DNA of 64,000 bases, taken from assembly GCF_009914755.1 (NCBI RefSeq), contig NC_060927.1. One strand, 5' to 3'. The notes below the pieces were generated by a model, which worked only from the letters and a program-made list of their open reading frames with translations, ran no database searches and was not told the DNA's origin. Shown one piece after another: positions 1-13,850 of this stretch. Origin of the DNA: the human T2T-CHM13v2.0 reference genome, Homo sapiens. The position numbers were made by a program, and so were the translations under genes. Position 1 is the first letter of the stretch, and every line of letters starts with the position of its first letter.

Positions 1-64
1 TGGTGTCATTTTTAACCATTGCACAGAATTCTATTGTGTGAAATATGATAATTTATCTAACAAG

Positions 65-491
65 GCCCTGAAGAGCTGCAGAGGAATAAGGCCTTGTGAT
101 GGACACAGAGGTGCTCCATGCAGTCCCCCTTGAAGGGGGAGGTTGCCCTGCTGCTGGGAGTACTTGCAACCTCCAGCCTCCAGTTATCAGCCCCTTTCAG
201 GACTTGCCTCAGCTACAGAAAGCTGCCTTCCCAGGGTAATCCACATTGAAGGGCAGATCATAGAGGAGCCCAGTGTCAGAGCTACTCTGACAGGCCATCT
301 TCCTCCAGAGTTTCCTGAGGAGGGCTGCTTAAGACTGTCCCATCTATATTGCAGCTCAACTTCTTCCTCTGCCCAGTCCTGTTTCTCCCCTCTCCCTGCC
401 ATGGGTGTTAATCTCAGGGCACTGTCTAATAAATATATTGCACACTAAATTTTGTCTCAAAGTCTGCTCCTGAACAACCTAACCTGCAACA
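65..491 (+). mobile_element. ERVL-class solo LTR, LTR16-like
   Basis: 3' end '...ctaataaatatattgcacactaaattttgtctcaaagtctgctcctgaacaacctaacctgcaaca' resembles the LTR16 consensus end (AATAAA, terminal CA). 5' boundary approximate. Confidence 0.6.
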
Positions 492-684
492 GAGATGATG
501 CTGACCTTTGAGGAACTCCCAAGTCTATTGGTAAAAGCACTCAGTAAATTCTAACATTACTGCGGTTACCGATTCCTAACTCAGGTTAAACAAGCGATGG
601 CGCATGTATACCATGATAGGTTATGCAGCCATTAAAATAATGTTCTGGGTGCCATGTATAACACATGATGGCTCCAGAAGTCAG

Positions 685-750
685 GGAAGAAGGAAAAAAG
701 AAGGGAAGGGAAGAGAAGAGAAAGGGAGGGAAGAAGAGGGGAGGGAAGAA
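685..750 (+). repeat. GA-rich low-complexity tract
   Basis: Near-pure purine run (gaagaaggaaaaaagaagggaagggaagagaagag...). Confidence 0.8.
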
Positions 751-1022
751 TTGGACATCAGATAATCACTTGAGCCCTCTCTCTCCGTGAATTTTTCCCA
801 ATCTGTTTCTTTCCACATCTCTTGCTCCTTGTCAGTCTTTGGGCCACCTACAGTATGAGCATTACTTGGGCAATTACTGTCTCTCTAAATTTGGCATATG
901 CAAGTTATAGAAACTAAAACTGGACATGGCCCTACACAGGTAAGCACATATCAGCATCGCTGTGAGCGGTCAGGACTAACAAGCCTTCAACACACAAAAG
1001 CAGGAGTAAGGATCAAATTACA

Positions 1023-1046
1023 CAAATCAAATCAAATCAAATCAAA
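1023..1046 (+). repeat. (AAATC)n microsatellite
   Basis: caaatcaaatcaaatcaaatcaaa. Confidence 0.85.
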
Positions 1047-1189
1047 ATAAAATCCCTGAGTTTGTATTCCAGTAAAGCCCAAACCTAGGAGGGATCCAGG
1101 AAAGCGATGAGTGTGGCTGTCAAGGTGCTTCCATCTGTCAGAGTCACACATTCCAAAGCAGCAGAAATCAACTGACAGCCTCCAGTTAC

Positions 1190-1420
1190 TCCCCCGCCTC
1201 AGCGAGGCAGGGCAGGCAGCGGAAAGCTCAGCCCATGTGAGGTGCCTCCTGCCAATCACAGACTACCCTTCCCTGGTCCTGGAGGTTCAAAGAATTGCAG
1301 GAGGGTAGAAAAGCACCTGGGTCGGGTGCAGACTGCGGAGCGGGCCCTACCGTGTGCGCAGAAAGAGGAGGCGCTGTGAGTAGACCGCTTTCCCTCTGCA
1401 GGGAATCTCCCGGGCTCAAG
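1190..1420 (+). promoter_or_regulatory. UPK1B: UPK1B TATA-less promoter/first-exon region with local CpG enrichment
   Basis: GC box (ccccgcctc, 1192-1200), CCAAT box (gccaatca, 1251-1258), a CpG cluster around exon 1, and an exact GGGRNNYYCC NF-kB-type site (gggaatctcc, 1401-1410) just inside intron 1. Confidence 0.65.
1325..1375 (+). other. UPK1B: UPK1B exon 1 (non-coding 5'UTR); TSS approximate
   Basis: Donor GCT|GTGAGT at 1375/1376. Joining to 14424 gives ...gaggaggcgct-tgccttcagc..., matching my recollection of the UPK1B mRNA leader. Confidence 0.75.
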
Positions 1421-2211
1421 GGTTGGGTTGCTCTCCTGGGAGGGAAGCTAGCAGACTGGGAGGGAAAGGGGAAGAAGTTAGATTCTTGATTCATAAAGTC
1501 TGTCATTTTTTTCTTTGTAATTTAGGGTATTGTGACTGTCCTGTTCTCTTTTACTTTGAACCGTTGGAATTGCTTTCTTAATACCCTTGATATAAGTCTT
1601 GTTCTCATTAAACTTCTGGAGATATTACGCAGCCATCCTGCTTTCAACCTCAGATATCCCCACAGAAAGAACAAGAAAATCCAAGCACCCCGAGAAACCC
1701 TATATCTCCTGATTAAATCGCACATAGACAGTCACCTTTGTAGACCCCCAATTTCCTTGTGGAGTCAGAAAAGCAATAGAAAGTTTAACGAAATAGCTCG
1801 TGTTATTTCTTAATAATCTGTTCAGGCTAGCAGAGAGAAAGTTTCTTGGTCTTCTTGTCAGAAATCATTTGGTCCTGCCAACCTGTAATGAAATGTGTGA
1901 AGCAATTTACTCCCAGTTATTCTCTGCAAACACTTCTGCTTAATAAATGTGTCAGTTGAAGTAAGTCAACAAAGTAGCTTTATCTACGCAATGTTATTTT
2001 TACATAATTTGTTTTTACTCCTTACCAATTCTTTGCTCCACCATGATCTGCAGGACATAAAGATATTTTTCATTCTGATCACATTTTCACACAAAATACA
2101 AATTTAAGTTTCAAATAATGCTAGTATTATTTTATGTTTGCATTTGTTTATAAACCTAAAACTCCACTTCTAACTAGTTTTAAAGATTTTTAAGCCATTT
2201 AAGAATTCGTA

Positions 2212-2334
2212 GCCAGTCACAGTGGCACATGCCTGCAGTTCCAGCTATTCGGGAAGCTGAGGCCACGTGATCAGGAGTTCTAGTCCAGGCTGGGCAACAT
2301 AGTGAGATCCTGTCTCTAAAAAAAATAAAAATAA
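2212..2334 (+). mobile_element. Alu monomer (FLAM-like)
   Basis: Single Alu arm ending in an A-rich tail. Confidence 0.8.
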
Positions 2335-2730
2335 ATTTTTAAAGAAGTTTTGTTAACTTGAATGTCTTCTTTTAATGAAAGACAACGTTTCTTGAACATT
2401 TCTTGCCTGAGTTGCTAAGCACAACAGGAAAGAACTCATTAGGTTTTATAGATATACATACTTTGAGTATAAACAAAATTTAGGTTACATAGTTTTCAGA
2501 CCCTATGAAGAAGTGGATTTTCTTTTTATTAACCTTCTCAGTGAGGAGAAAAATTTCTTACTTTGCTTTCTGCTCCAACAGATTGTTTTGCTTTCTGCTA
2601 TAAAATAGTCTTTAAAATCAACTCACCTATTTTTTTTTTTTTTTAACTGCTGGGAAGAATCATAGACTTTTACATCCAAAGGGGACCTTAGACATCATTT
2701 AATCAAGGGGAAAAAAAAGAAACTCAGAAC

Positions 2731-3042
<312 letters not shown>

Positions 3043-3432
3043 AAAACTCAGAACTTCTTTTTGACTTCTCCTGCTTACAATCTTAACCAGAGTAAACACC
3101 AGCCAGCCTTTAAATATGCTCTGGAATTTGTGCCTGATAGCCATGCAGGCTGCCCACAAACTTGATGGGCCACCATTCACCAACTGGGACAGAGACCACA
3201 TTGGTGAGGGGGCACCATCATCACACACCGCCCTACCCGCCTGCCCACCCCCTCCCCCCCGCCCCAAGGACTCTCCATAGTACTCCTGCCCTGGAGCTGG
3301 GCATCTCTCTGGCAATGCCCACACCTGAGGCCCTCGTGCAACTGAGTGCTCCTGAGCCATTGCTTACAGCTAGTCCCTGATTTCCAATGGGTGGATGACT
3401 CCCATCATACTGGGAGCACCAGGAATCAAGAG

Positions 3433-3623
3433 CAGTGCTGTCCAGTAAAACTTTCTGTGATGAGGGAAATGTTCTAGATAATAGACACTAACCACATGTA
3501 TCTAGGGAGTGCTTGAGATGTGGTTGGAGCAACTGAGGAACTGATTTTTACTTTTATTTAATTGAATTATTTTGACTTTAAATAACTGCATGCAACTACT
3601 AACTACTGTATTAGTCAACACAG
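3433..3623. mobile_element. MER3-like hAT-Charlie MITE
   Basis: cagtgctgtccagtaaaactttctgtgatgagggaaatgttcta... matches the MER3 start; AT-rich core; degenerate terminal inverted repeat. Confidence 0.75.
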
Positions 3624-6600
3624 GTTTAGAGCTTTAAAGCAAGAAAAACTTATGGGCACTGTGAGCCATGGGTGACAGCCCTGGGAGAAACCTCCTCTTT
3701 TTGTTATTTCCAGGGACTTATCCTACCTTAAGTTGAAGCAGACCAGCAATTGTTGTGACCTACAATCTCCACACCCATCTTTACTCTGAGCCAAGGAAGT
3801 GTCTGTTCTTGTGCTGAGTTTCAGGGTGAGGGCTAAGGCAATCGCATATTGTGTTTCTTTGTTTCTTCCTCTCCTATTTTTCCTTTTCTTTTTTTCTCCT
3901 TTGTTAATTCAAATTTCTCTAGCATGAACTAAAGTTTGAGGTGTGGTTTGTGTGTTCTCTGGTACAACAAACTTGGGTGAGGAAAAGAGGTAATGAACTT
4001 GAAAAAATGATCTCATGCTTACTGGGCGAGTCTCACTTCTTTTTCTTCTGCTGTGCAAATTGGTTTGTTTAGTGAGCAATTGTTTTTAGACCTTTCAATG
4101 TGTCTGGAAACATCAACACTACGGGTATGATTAATTTTTATAGGAAAACAAACTGAGTGAAAGCACAATAAAGAAAAAACAAGAAATATAATTCTAGCTT
4201 TAAAAAAATCTGCACTCTTTAAAGCAAAGGAACTCCCAGGGTATTGAGCAATTTGAGTAAATCATCATCATACCAGGCCACAGGGCAGTTTTCCCACAGG
4301 GCGGGGTGCACAGGGGCTATTCCTTTACATGGAAAATATTTCGAGGTGAGTTGCGTACTTTCAGTCTGGGGCGTTCCATCTCTAACGCGGGCAGTTGCTG
4401 CTCTGCCCTCTGCCTTCCACCGCTTTCCACTTGTTAAATGTAACTCATCCCATTGGTTTCCTTCCCACCCCTGCCAGATAAGTAATCCAATATAGTCAGG
4501 GAGGCATTGTTTTAGAATAACGTGGGGAGGGTTCAGAAGACCACATATCTAAAACAGTTTCTACATACTGTGGGCTAAAAGAGAAGGCAGGAAAGAGGAC
4601 ACATCATATCATTAGAAGTCAGTATAGCCAGAGAGACAGACCCAAACCCCCAAATCATAAGTTACGAGGTTTGTCTTTTTAGGTTCTACCCTCTCCTTGG
4701 GTCTCTTTCCTTCTCATGGTGTCTTCCCTCGCCCTTTGAAAATTAAATAAGAGAAGGGAGCTGATAAATGAGGCATTGACATGGATGGCTCATGAAACTC
4801 AATGTGCCTCTTTTATATGAGCTTGCATTTTAATCAGGAATGAAGGAGTGAGTCTCAAATTGTGGCATTCAGAAGTTAGGGTAAACGGTGAGGAAGCCTT
4901 TGAATGAAGGAAAAGGATAGAAGCCTTTCTCCCTGCCAGCTTTGTTTATGTGGCTCCCTTTCTGGCTTATCTTGTAGTGAGTCTCATGGGTAGGCTCACA
5001 GGTGGGAGGTCAAGAGTTTCTCTTAATTTAAAAAGACGTAAAGGGAAGTGGATCTCCCTACCTTAAAAAGAATAATCATTAGTGACAAACCCCATAGAAG
5101 GCTGGGTTAAGAGTTAGGAAACCTGGACTTGAATCTTAACTCTTTTAATAACACATCATGATCGTGAACAAGTCACTTTCTCTCTGTGAGCCTTAAATTT
5201 CTCACCTGTACAAAGCCTCCAAGTTTGCAGCCAGAACTGATGTATCATGCCGTAAACAGGCACCTGGCCAATAACTGTCCTAGGATGAATGACACTTTAA
5301 TGTCTCTCAAATTACATATCTTCTAAGACAAACAAAAACTACCAAAAGTGTAGTCATTGACTTCTAAGTGTGACACCCGTCAATTAATTTAAAAGTTTAT
5401 AATTTTGCTTTTTAATGCAATTATTTGTTAAATTGGCTTTTTTGATGCACAGCAATCCAATTTTTGTGGCTTCAGAATATCTTATTAAACAAACTTGGGT
5501 GAAGAAAAGACGTAACAACGTACCAGACTATATTGCTGTGGCAGAGGCTAGTATGGAAGAAAAGCCATAAACACATATCCACAATGGTTTCAGCTTCCCT
5601 GGAGAGCTATTTGCTAAAGGCAGAGAGAGGGATATAGGGAAGGAAGGATAATTCTGGGTAAGAGAAGTTGAGGAGAGAAGAGGTTTTTCAGCTGGGCTTC
5701 GGAAGGTGGTAAAGAGTTCGATAGGCAGAAATGGGAGAAGGGATTCCAAAGACAGGGACACCCTAAGCACAGCATGGTGGCATGACCAGGACACCAAAGG
5801 GTTGGGGGGGTAGGGCACGCAGTGAAAAATGGCAGGCAGGCCATTTAGAACCTGGATGGGTGCTGCCTTGAATACACACTGAGGAGTTTGTACTTTATCT
5901 CTTAGGTGGTCCAACCACTCCTCCACTGGCTGAATGGAAAATAAAATAGTTGGGTCTGGCCAAATACTATAGACTGGTCTTTCAGAAGGGAACAGGAGCA
6001 AATCTGGATTCAAAGAAACTGGTCAGCAACAGAGAGTGGGGGGACAAGTGATGAACCTGGCAATAGGAAGTAAGTAGGAGCTGGTGGCTGGGCTTGTAAG
6101 TGCAGAGAGAATGACCGAGGGCTCTCCTTTGAATTTAGGCTACAGGGAACCTTTGAAGGGTTCTAAGCAGGGGGGAGATATAAATTCAGAGCTGTGTTTT
6201 AGGACAGTGGATCTCAAGATTGGCTAAGTGGCTGGCACTTGGAAGCCATGTTTATCTTTGTAGAATACCAGAAAATTTTGGTCTACTAAATTTAAAATAA
6301 GTAAGTAGATCATTTTGGCCTAAATTCATACCAAAAACTAGATTTTAGCATAGACAGGTGGTAGTAGCATCCACAATTTAAGAAAAATGTGTAAGAGGAA
6401 AATGTTTAAAATCACAAATTTTTATAGTAATTTTTCCTCAAATTAGGAAATGACTGGAATCATTCAATATTGGCATCAAAACATGTTGTCCCAGTAAATG
6501 GAACATCTGTGCTTTGGAGGATCATTTGAGAACCTCTGCTTGAGAAAGTTCACCATGGAAGCACTGTATGGAATGGAAACAGAAAATGTTTAATTCATCT

Positions 6601-6772
6601 GATCCAGAAGTTAGGGGCTGGCAGTGGGAATTGGTAAAATGGTATCAGGAGACATCAGAAAATGATCATATGTGCTTCTATCAAAAATATACATCAATCC
6701 CAATTGGGATGGTGTGTTACTCAAGGTTCTTTCAGAGATAGAACCAAAAGGAGATACATAAAGAGAGAGAGA

Positions 6773-7036
6773 GGCAACGTATGGTGGCTCACGCCTATAA
6801 TCCCCACACTTTGGAAGGCCAAGTCTTGAGGACAGGAGTTCAAGACCAGCCTGGGCAACATGATGAAACCCCTTCTCTACAAAAAATTTAAAAATTAGCC
6901 AGACATTGTGCATGCACCTGTGGTCCTAGCTACTTGGGAGGCTGAAGCAGGAGGATCACTTGAGCCTAGGAAGTCAAGGCTGCAGTGAGATATGATTGTG
7001 CCACTGCACTCCCTGGGTGACACACAAAGACCCTGT
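6773..7036 (+). mobile_element. Alu, AluJ-like
   Basis: Diverged dimer with AluJ-type features (cacttgagcctaggaagtcaaggctgcagtgag). Confidence 0.9.
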
Positions 7037-7037
7037 T

Positions 7038-7111
7038 GAGAGAGAGAGAGGGAGAGAGAGAGAGGGAGATATATATATATATATATAGATATATATATAT
7101 ATATATATATA
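7038..7111 (+). repeat. Compound (GA)n-(TA)n microsatellite
   Basis: gagagagag...gatatatatata... directly visible. Confidence 0.95.
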
Positions 7112-7141
7112 AATTCTAAGGAATTAACCTATGTGATGTGA

Positions 7142-7526
<385 letters not shown>

Positions 7527-7825
7527 TTTTTTTTTTTTTTTTTTTTTTTTTTGAGACGAGTGCAATGGCGCAATCTCGGCTCACGGCAAACTCCGCCTCT
7601 CCCGTTCAAGCGATTCTCCCGCCTCAGCCTCCTGAGTAGCTGGGATTACAGGCATGCGCCACCACCCCCAGCTAATTTTGTATTTTTAGTAGAGACGAGG
7701 TTTCTCCGTGTTGGTCAGGCTGGTCTCGAACTACCAACCTCAGGTGATCTACCAACCTCAGGTGATCTGCCCACCTCAGCATCCCAAAGTGCTGGGATTA
7801 CAGGCGTGAGCCACCGCGCTTGGCC
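7527..7825 (-). mobile_element. Alu, AluSp-like, with an internal deletion and an 18-bp duplication
   Basis: Second dimer directly abutting the AluY; tttctccgtgttggtcaggc is Sp-like. Confidence 0.9.
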
Positions 7826-9129
7826 TGATGTTGCAGACTTAAACCTAAAATCTGCATACTGAAAACTTAAGAGTTTCTCTGTTACAGTCCTCTTAGGGCA
7901 GAAATGCTGCTTCTTCAGGAAACATCAGTTTTTGCTCTTAAGGTTTTCGGCTGATTGGAGGAGGCCAGCCACGTTATGGAGGGTAATCTGCTTTACTGCT
8001 TTACTCAAAGTCTACTGATTTAAATGTTAATCACATCTAAAGAATATCTTCACAGCAATATCTAGACTGATATCTGACCAAACACCATATCCAAGCCAAT
8101 CCCACCATATCCCAGCAATATCTAGACTGATACTGACCAAACACCATATCCCAGCCAAGTTGACATACAAAATTAACCAGCGCAAGGTGTTCATTACAAT
8201 ACTTCTTTATCAGGCAGGCAGAGACAAAACTCAAGAAGCTATTAACAAAGGCAAAACTACTACCAAGCCCTAGAGAACACCACAGTTTATATTCTGTGTA
8301 TAGAGAAGTCACCATTTGTCCTTCCCTTTTGTTCTTTCTCCGTGCCTATCCTCTATGGAAAGGTCAACAAATTCATAATGTCTTTTTTTTTTTAAAATAT
8401 CCATTAGTGTGGAACTGTGTCAAAGCTTTTCTTTTTTAACCTAAAAAAAAGTGCATTACTCTACCCCTATGCACAGGCATTTATTAATCTTCAAAGAACC
8501 CTAAACATCAGCCAGGCCTGATCTTTTCCTTTTGTAGAAATTATGTCACCTTTCCTCTAAGTGTGCCAGGAAAGCAGCTCTTCCTAAAGATCCATCCAGC
8601 TAATGTATTATAAAAGTAAACTCACTTGTCTCAGTTTTCCAGGACTTTTCTAGACATCTTCCATTGAATGAGGGGCAGGGGGAAGTCTTTGACACAGACT
8701 TTGTAAGGTCAGCTTACACGTTGTGACCAGTTTTTCAACATCACTTTTGAGTGTCCTCTTACTTCTTGGGTAACTGTCTTCTGAGCTCAGTAATTTGCTT
8801 ATTTCTTTCTTTTCCTTTAGCTCTAGAATAGTAGTTTCCAATCGTTCTGGGGCTAGCTATGTGTTTAGGAGGTTTAGAGCTGGTGAGAAGATGCTCTGTG
8901 AGCCCAGGATTCCTACTCTCGTTTCAGCCAGAGAAGTACCATTCTGATCTGATTTCATATATTAGAGTTCCCTACTGAAATCATATTTCCCTATTTCCTT
9001 TGAAAATGTTGCTCTGTATCAAAAAAATAATAATAATAAACCACTGGTTTTAGGTACCTTCACCAACCACTGGGCTATTAGCTCTAGTCTGTCTCCTTTA
9101 TAAGACAAAAATAAGCAAAATTAGTATTG

Positions 9130-9330
9130 GGTAACTAATATTGTATTAAAACTTCACATATATTCTCATTTAATTTTCATAGTAACCCTTGAAGTTAAGT
9201 ATTACTATACTCATTTGAAGATAAAGCTCGAGAAGATTAAGTAACTTCTTGGGGTCACAAAACTAGTAAGTGGTAGAGCTAAGATTCAAACCCAGGTCTA
9301 TCCAAAGCCCACATTCGTTCCACTTCACCA
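9130..9330 (-). mobile_element. MIR
   Basis: MIR core (attaagtaactt...ggtcacaaaactagtaagtggtagagctaagattcaaacccaggtc). Confidence 0.75.
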
Positions 9331-10881
9331 TATTCTCTAACTTGCTCTTCAACAAAGTTCTAGGCAAATTATTAATCTGCACACTCATTTATTCAAATAA
9401 ACATTATTTATTTACTTTATCTTTTTATTTAGCAAAACAATTGAGTGCGCCTACTATATGTCAGGTACTATGCCACTTTGGACCTAGAAAGACAAATAAA
9501 ACAGGGTCCCAAATGCCTCCTCCTACTTTGGAGACTCTTGCAATAAAGTGCAGGATGCCCTTCACAGGTTGGCAATGGGAGGAAAGAATGCAAAAGGGCA
9601 GCAGAGCAGAAAACTCTCTGAGTAATGTCTATGTCAGGGAGAAAGTGGCCCCAGGACAAGGACAACCTCAGGGGCCATCTCTGCATCAACTTGCAGTGTG
9701 GGGCAGAGGCCTTAGAGCTGGCCAAAGGCAGAGGGATGAGGCCCAATGGCGAGTGTTAACTGTTCAGGAATGCTAATGGCATGCAAGGCGGGCCCCTCCC
9801 ATGTGGATGTGCAGCTTGGTACCTGACTCTGGCCGCACCCCAAGCACAACTAGGAAGTGTTTTTCCTTTTCTCTTATGAATTCATCTATGGAAAATAAAA
9901 AGAAATACAAATGGGTATCTTGTGTAAGCCCTCCTGGTCCCTCGAGCAGAGCAGCCCCTGTGCAGTGAACAGAGGGAAGGTGGAAGGAAGGCTGCTTCTC
10001 CTCAATCTAAGAGCCCTTGGCTGTGAGACCAGTCACTGTTAAAACCTCCCTTCTATCCCCCTGGGGTCACTGATATATAAAACAAAATCATAACCCAATA
10101 CCCTGCCCTTCCTAAATATCCTCTGGTTATAATTAATAGTTTCTTATATGTGTAAACAATCTTAGTGCTTACCTATTACTTTTGTATCTTTTATCTCATT
10201 GAGTGATCACAGCAACTCCATCTAACAAGTTATTGTCTACTAATTTTATAAACGAGGAAGTAGATACTAAGGAAAACATTGTCCAACTTTACACAGTAAT
10301 GATAATGACAGCACAAAGCTGGGACTTGAACTCTGGCATTCTGATGCCAAGTCCAGTGTGGTCACCATTATACTACAGATATTAGACTATGCTGTGAGCC
10401 ACTGGAAGCCTACACTTGGCTCCCTCTTGACATCTGTGGCCATTTGGGGGATGCAGCAAATGTTTTAGGTCCTCTGGACACCAACCTAGTCTAAAATACA
10501 AGTGGCCAAGTAGAAGCTATGAAATGCTAACCTCTCATTGACTTGCACATTGCACATTTTACTTCTAAGAATTCTGGTCTTGGGGGTAGGTGGATGAGCT
10601 GTAGATTTTTGATACATCCAGACAGGTTTTCTGGAAAAGCATGTGGGTACAGCACTGAGTTTGGGGGAAATATGCAAATATGAGCATCGTGTCTAGGGGC
10701 TAAAGAGACAAGAAGCTGGAGATGTAAGTGAAGAAAAGCCTAGTGTTTCTGACCTTTGCAAAGGTAGAGTCTCCTGAGCAGGGAAATGTGTCTGTTCTCT
10801 CCACTCCAGGTGTTTCTATTTCTACTGAAAGCATTTGCTATGTAGCAAGACTTTATAAACTGTAGAGTGTTTAGCAAATGA

Positions 10882-11462
<581 letters not shown>

Positions 11463-12037
11463 CTGAAAAACCCATCTCTCAGGTCTGTTGAGAAGATGAA
11501 TATCAAATGCCTAACATAGTGCCCAGAGCATTGTAAGTGCCCAATAAATGGCAGTTTTCATCACTATTTCCTTATCTTGGAAGACAGGAGTAGCTAAATT
11601 ATCATGTGCCATTGATACCAAAGGCCTAAGGGAGAAGAAGAGAATGCATAGTGAAAAAGGAGAACATTTTAGTGGCCAGAAAATTCAGAATATCTTGCCC
11701 ACTGATATATCACCACCTTCCAATAACCAACCCACAGCTGGGCTGCCTCCCTGGCATTTCTGTCATGTCCTTGCCTAGGTTTCTTCAATTTATGCTTTTC
11801 TTTTTGCTCAGAGCAAGTTTCTACCTTCCTTCTTTTCTCCCACTTTTATCTGCGTTTTCCACCCTAATTGTGACTCCTGCAATTCTCCCATAGAATATTC
11901 ATTTGCTCTTTCCCCTTTGTCTAAACTCTGTGTGGCAGAGTCATCTCTGGAAAAGTCTGTACGTCACGGGGCATAATTGGGTCACCCAGGCCACCTCCCT
12001 TGATCGGGGCCCCTGCAGTTCCTTTCTGGACCAATAA

Positions 12038-12540
<503 letters not shown>

Positions 12541-13639
12541 CTACTGATTTCTGCCCTTTCCTCTCTATGCTTCTGTTATCTGAACTCCTACGTTTCACAG
12601 TCTATTTACTTTTGTCTCTAGTTTAGATACTAACCCAACTGGTCAGGAATAATGTCTGTACATACCAGTAATGAACTTTACAATGTGACTCAACCAGCTA
12701 CATGAGTAAGTTTCCCCCTTGGGGGAGTTTGTGCAGTCTAACACGCAACAATAACTGGAAAGAATGAATGAAATTTCTAAGCAGAAAGAAATGAATGGCA
12801 TTTCTAAGCAGAAACTACACAGAGACGCAATGGCCCAGATTCTTCCATTTCTCCAGCAAACATGAATTGAGTACCCACTGTGTGCCAAATTCTGAGCTAA
12901 AAGTGCTCATAAATTTTAACTGAACTTGTCACAGCTACCCAGGTAAACAGATAAAGGAAAACATTTAGAGATGTCTAAACTTACTTGGAAGGTTGTTAAT
13001 ACTTACAGTGTAACAATGAGGTTAAAATTTAGCAAGGCTTGAGACAAATAGAAGGTTTGCCTCCCACTGCTACCCTACAAAACTAGGACTTTGACCAAAT
13101 TGACTGGTTTGCTATCTTGTGGGCACCTTGCTCTTCTGTCTCTACTCCCTAACTTTTCCTTTCTCTTTACCTGGAATGTCACCCACCCCCACCTCACTCC
13201 CACACATATCCACCTCTACTCTACATATCAAACCATACACATCCTGCAAGACTTACGTCTTCCCGCCTCAGGACTCTCACAATATTTCATCTCACTACAT
13301 GTAGTATAATTGTGTGGGAATGCATCTTAGTTTCCCTACTAACGCAAAAAATCCTAGAATACAATAATCTCCCTTACATATCTTTGTATGCCTCAGAATG
13401 CATATTGAACCATTTAATACATTTTTTATTTACAGCAGGAATGCATGAATTGATTAATTAAATGTTGAGAGCTGTAGATGGCTTTTCTCAAGGTGCTTCA
13501 AGTGCAGAAGCCCAAGTGATTGACCCACACACTTACCTTTGTGTTCCTTCCAGAAAATCCTCAGGGAGGTGAGAGACCCATGTTCAGCTGTGTATGGCAC
13601 CAAAGTCTATACATAGTTTCTGGGAGTCACTGTGGGCTG

Positions 13640-13850
13640 TGGGGAAGCACGTGGACTCTGGAGTCACACACACCAAGGTCTCTAGCCTAGCTCTGCCACT
13701 TACTGGTTGTGTGACCCCAGGGAACTTAATTTACAAATTTAAGCTTTAGTTTCCTCATCTGCAAAATGGAGCCTCCTCGCCTTTCTTCTTTTGCTACCGA
13801 ACTGGGTTATGAGAATTAGATGCGTGCATGCAAAGCACCTGGTAGAGTGG
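13640..13850 (+). mobile_element. MIR
   Basis: ctctgccacttactggttgtgtgacc...agtttcctcatctgcaaaatgg. Confidence 0.75.

Noticed and set aside
9270-9776. Longest unassigned ORF (168 aa), and 5528-6013 (161 aa)
   Set aside because: Non-ATG starts, overlap with MIR/L2-like remnants, no recognisable domain and no supporting splice structure.
13531-13540. Perfect minus-strand donor AAG|GTAAGT within the microexon pyrimidine tract
   Set aside because: About one such 9-mer is expected by chance in 128 kb of both strands, and I found no partner acceptor.
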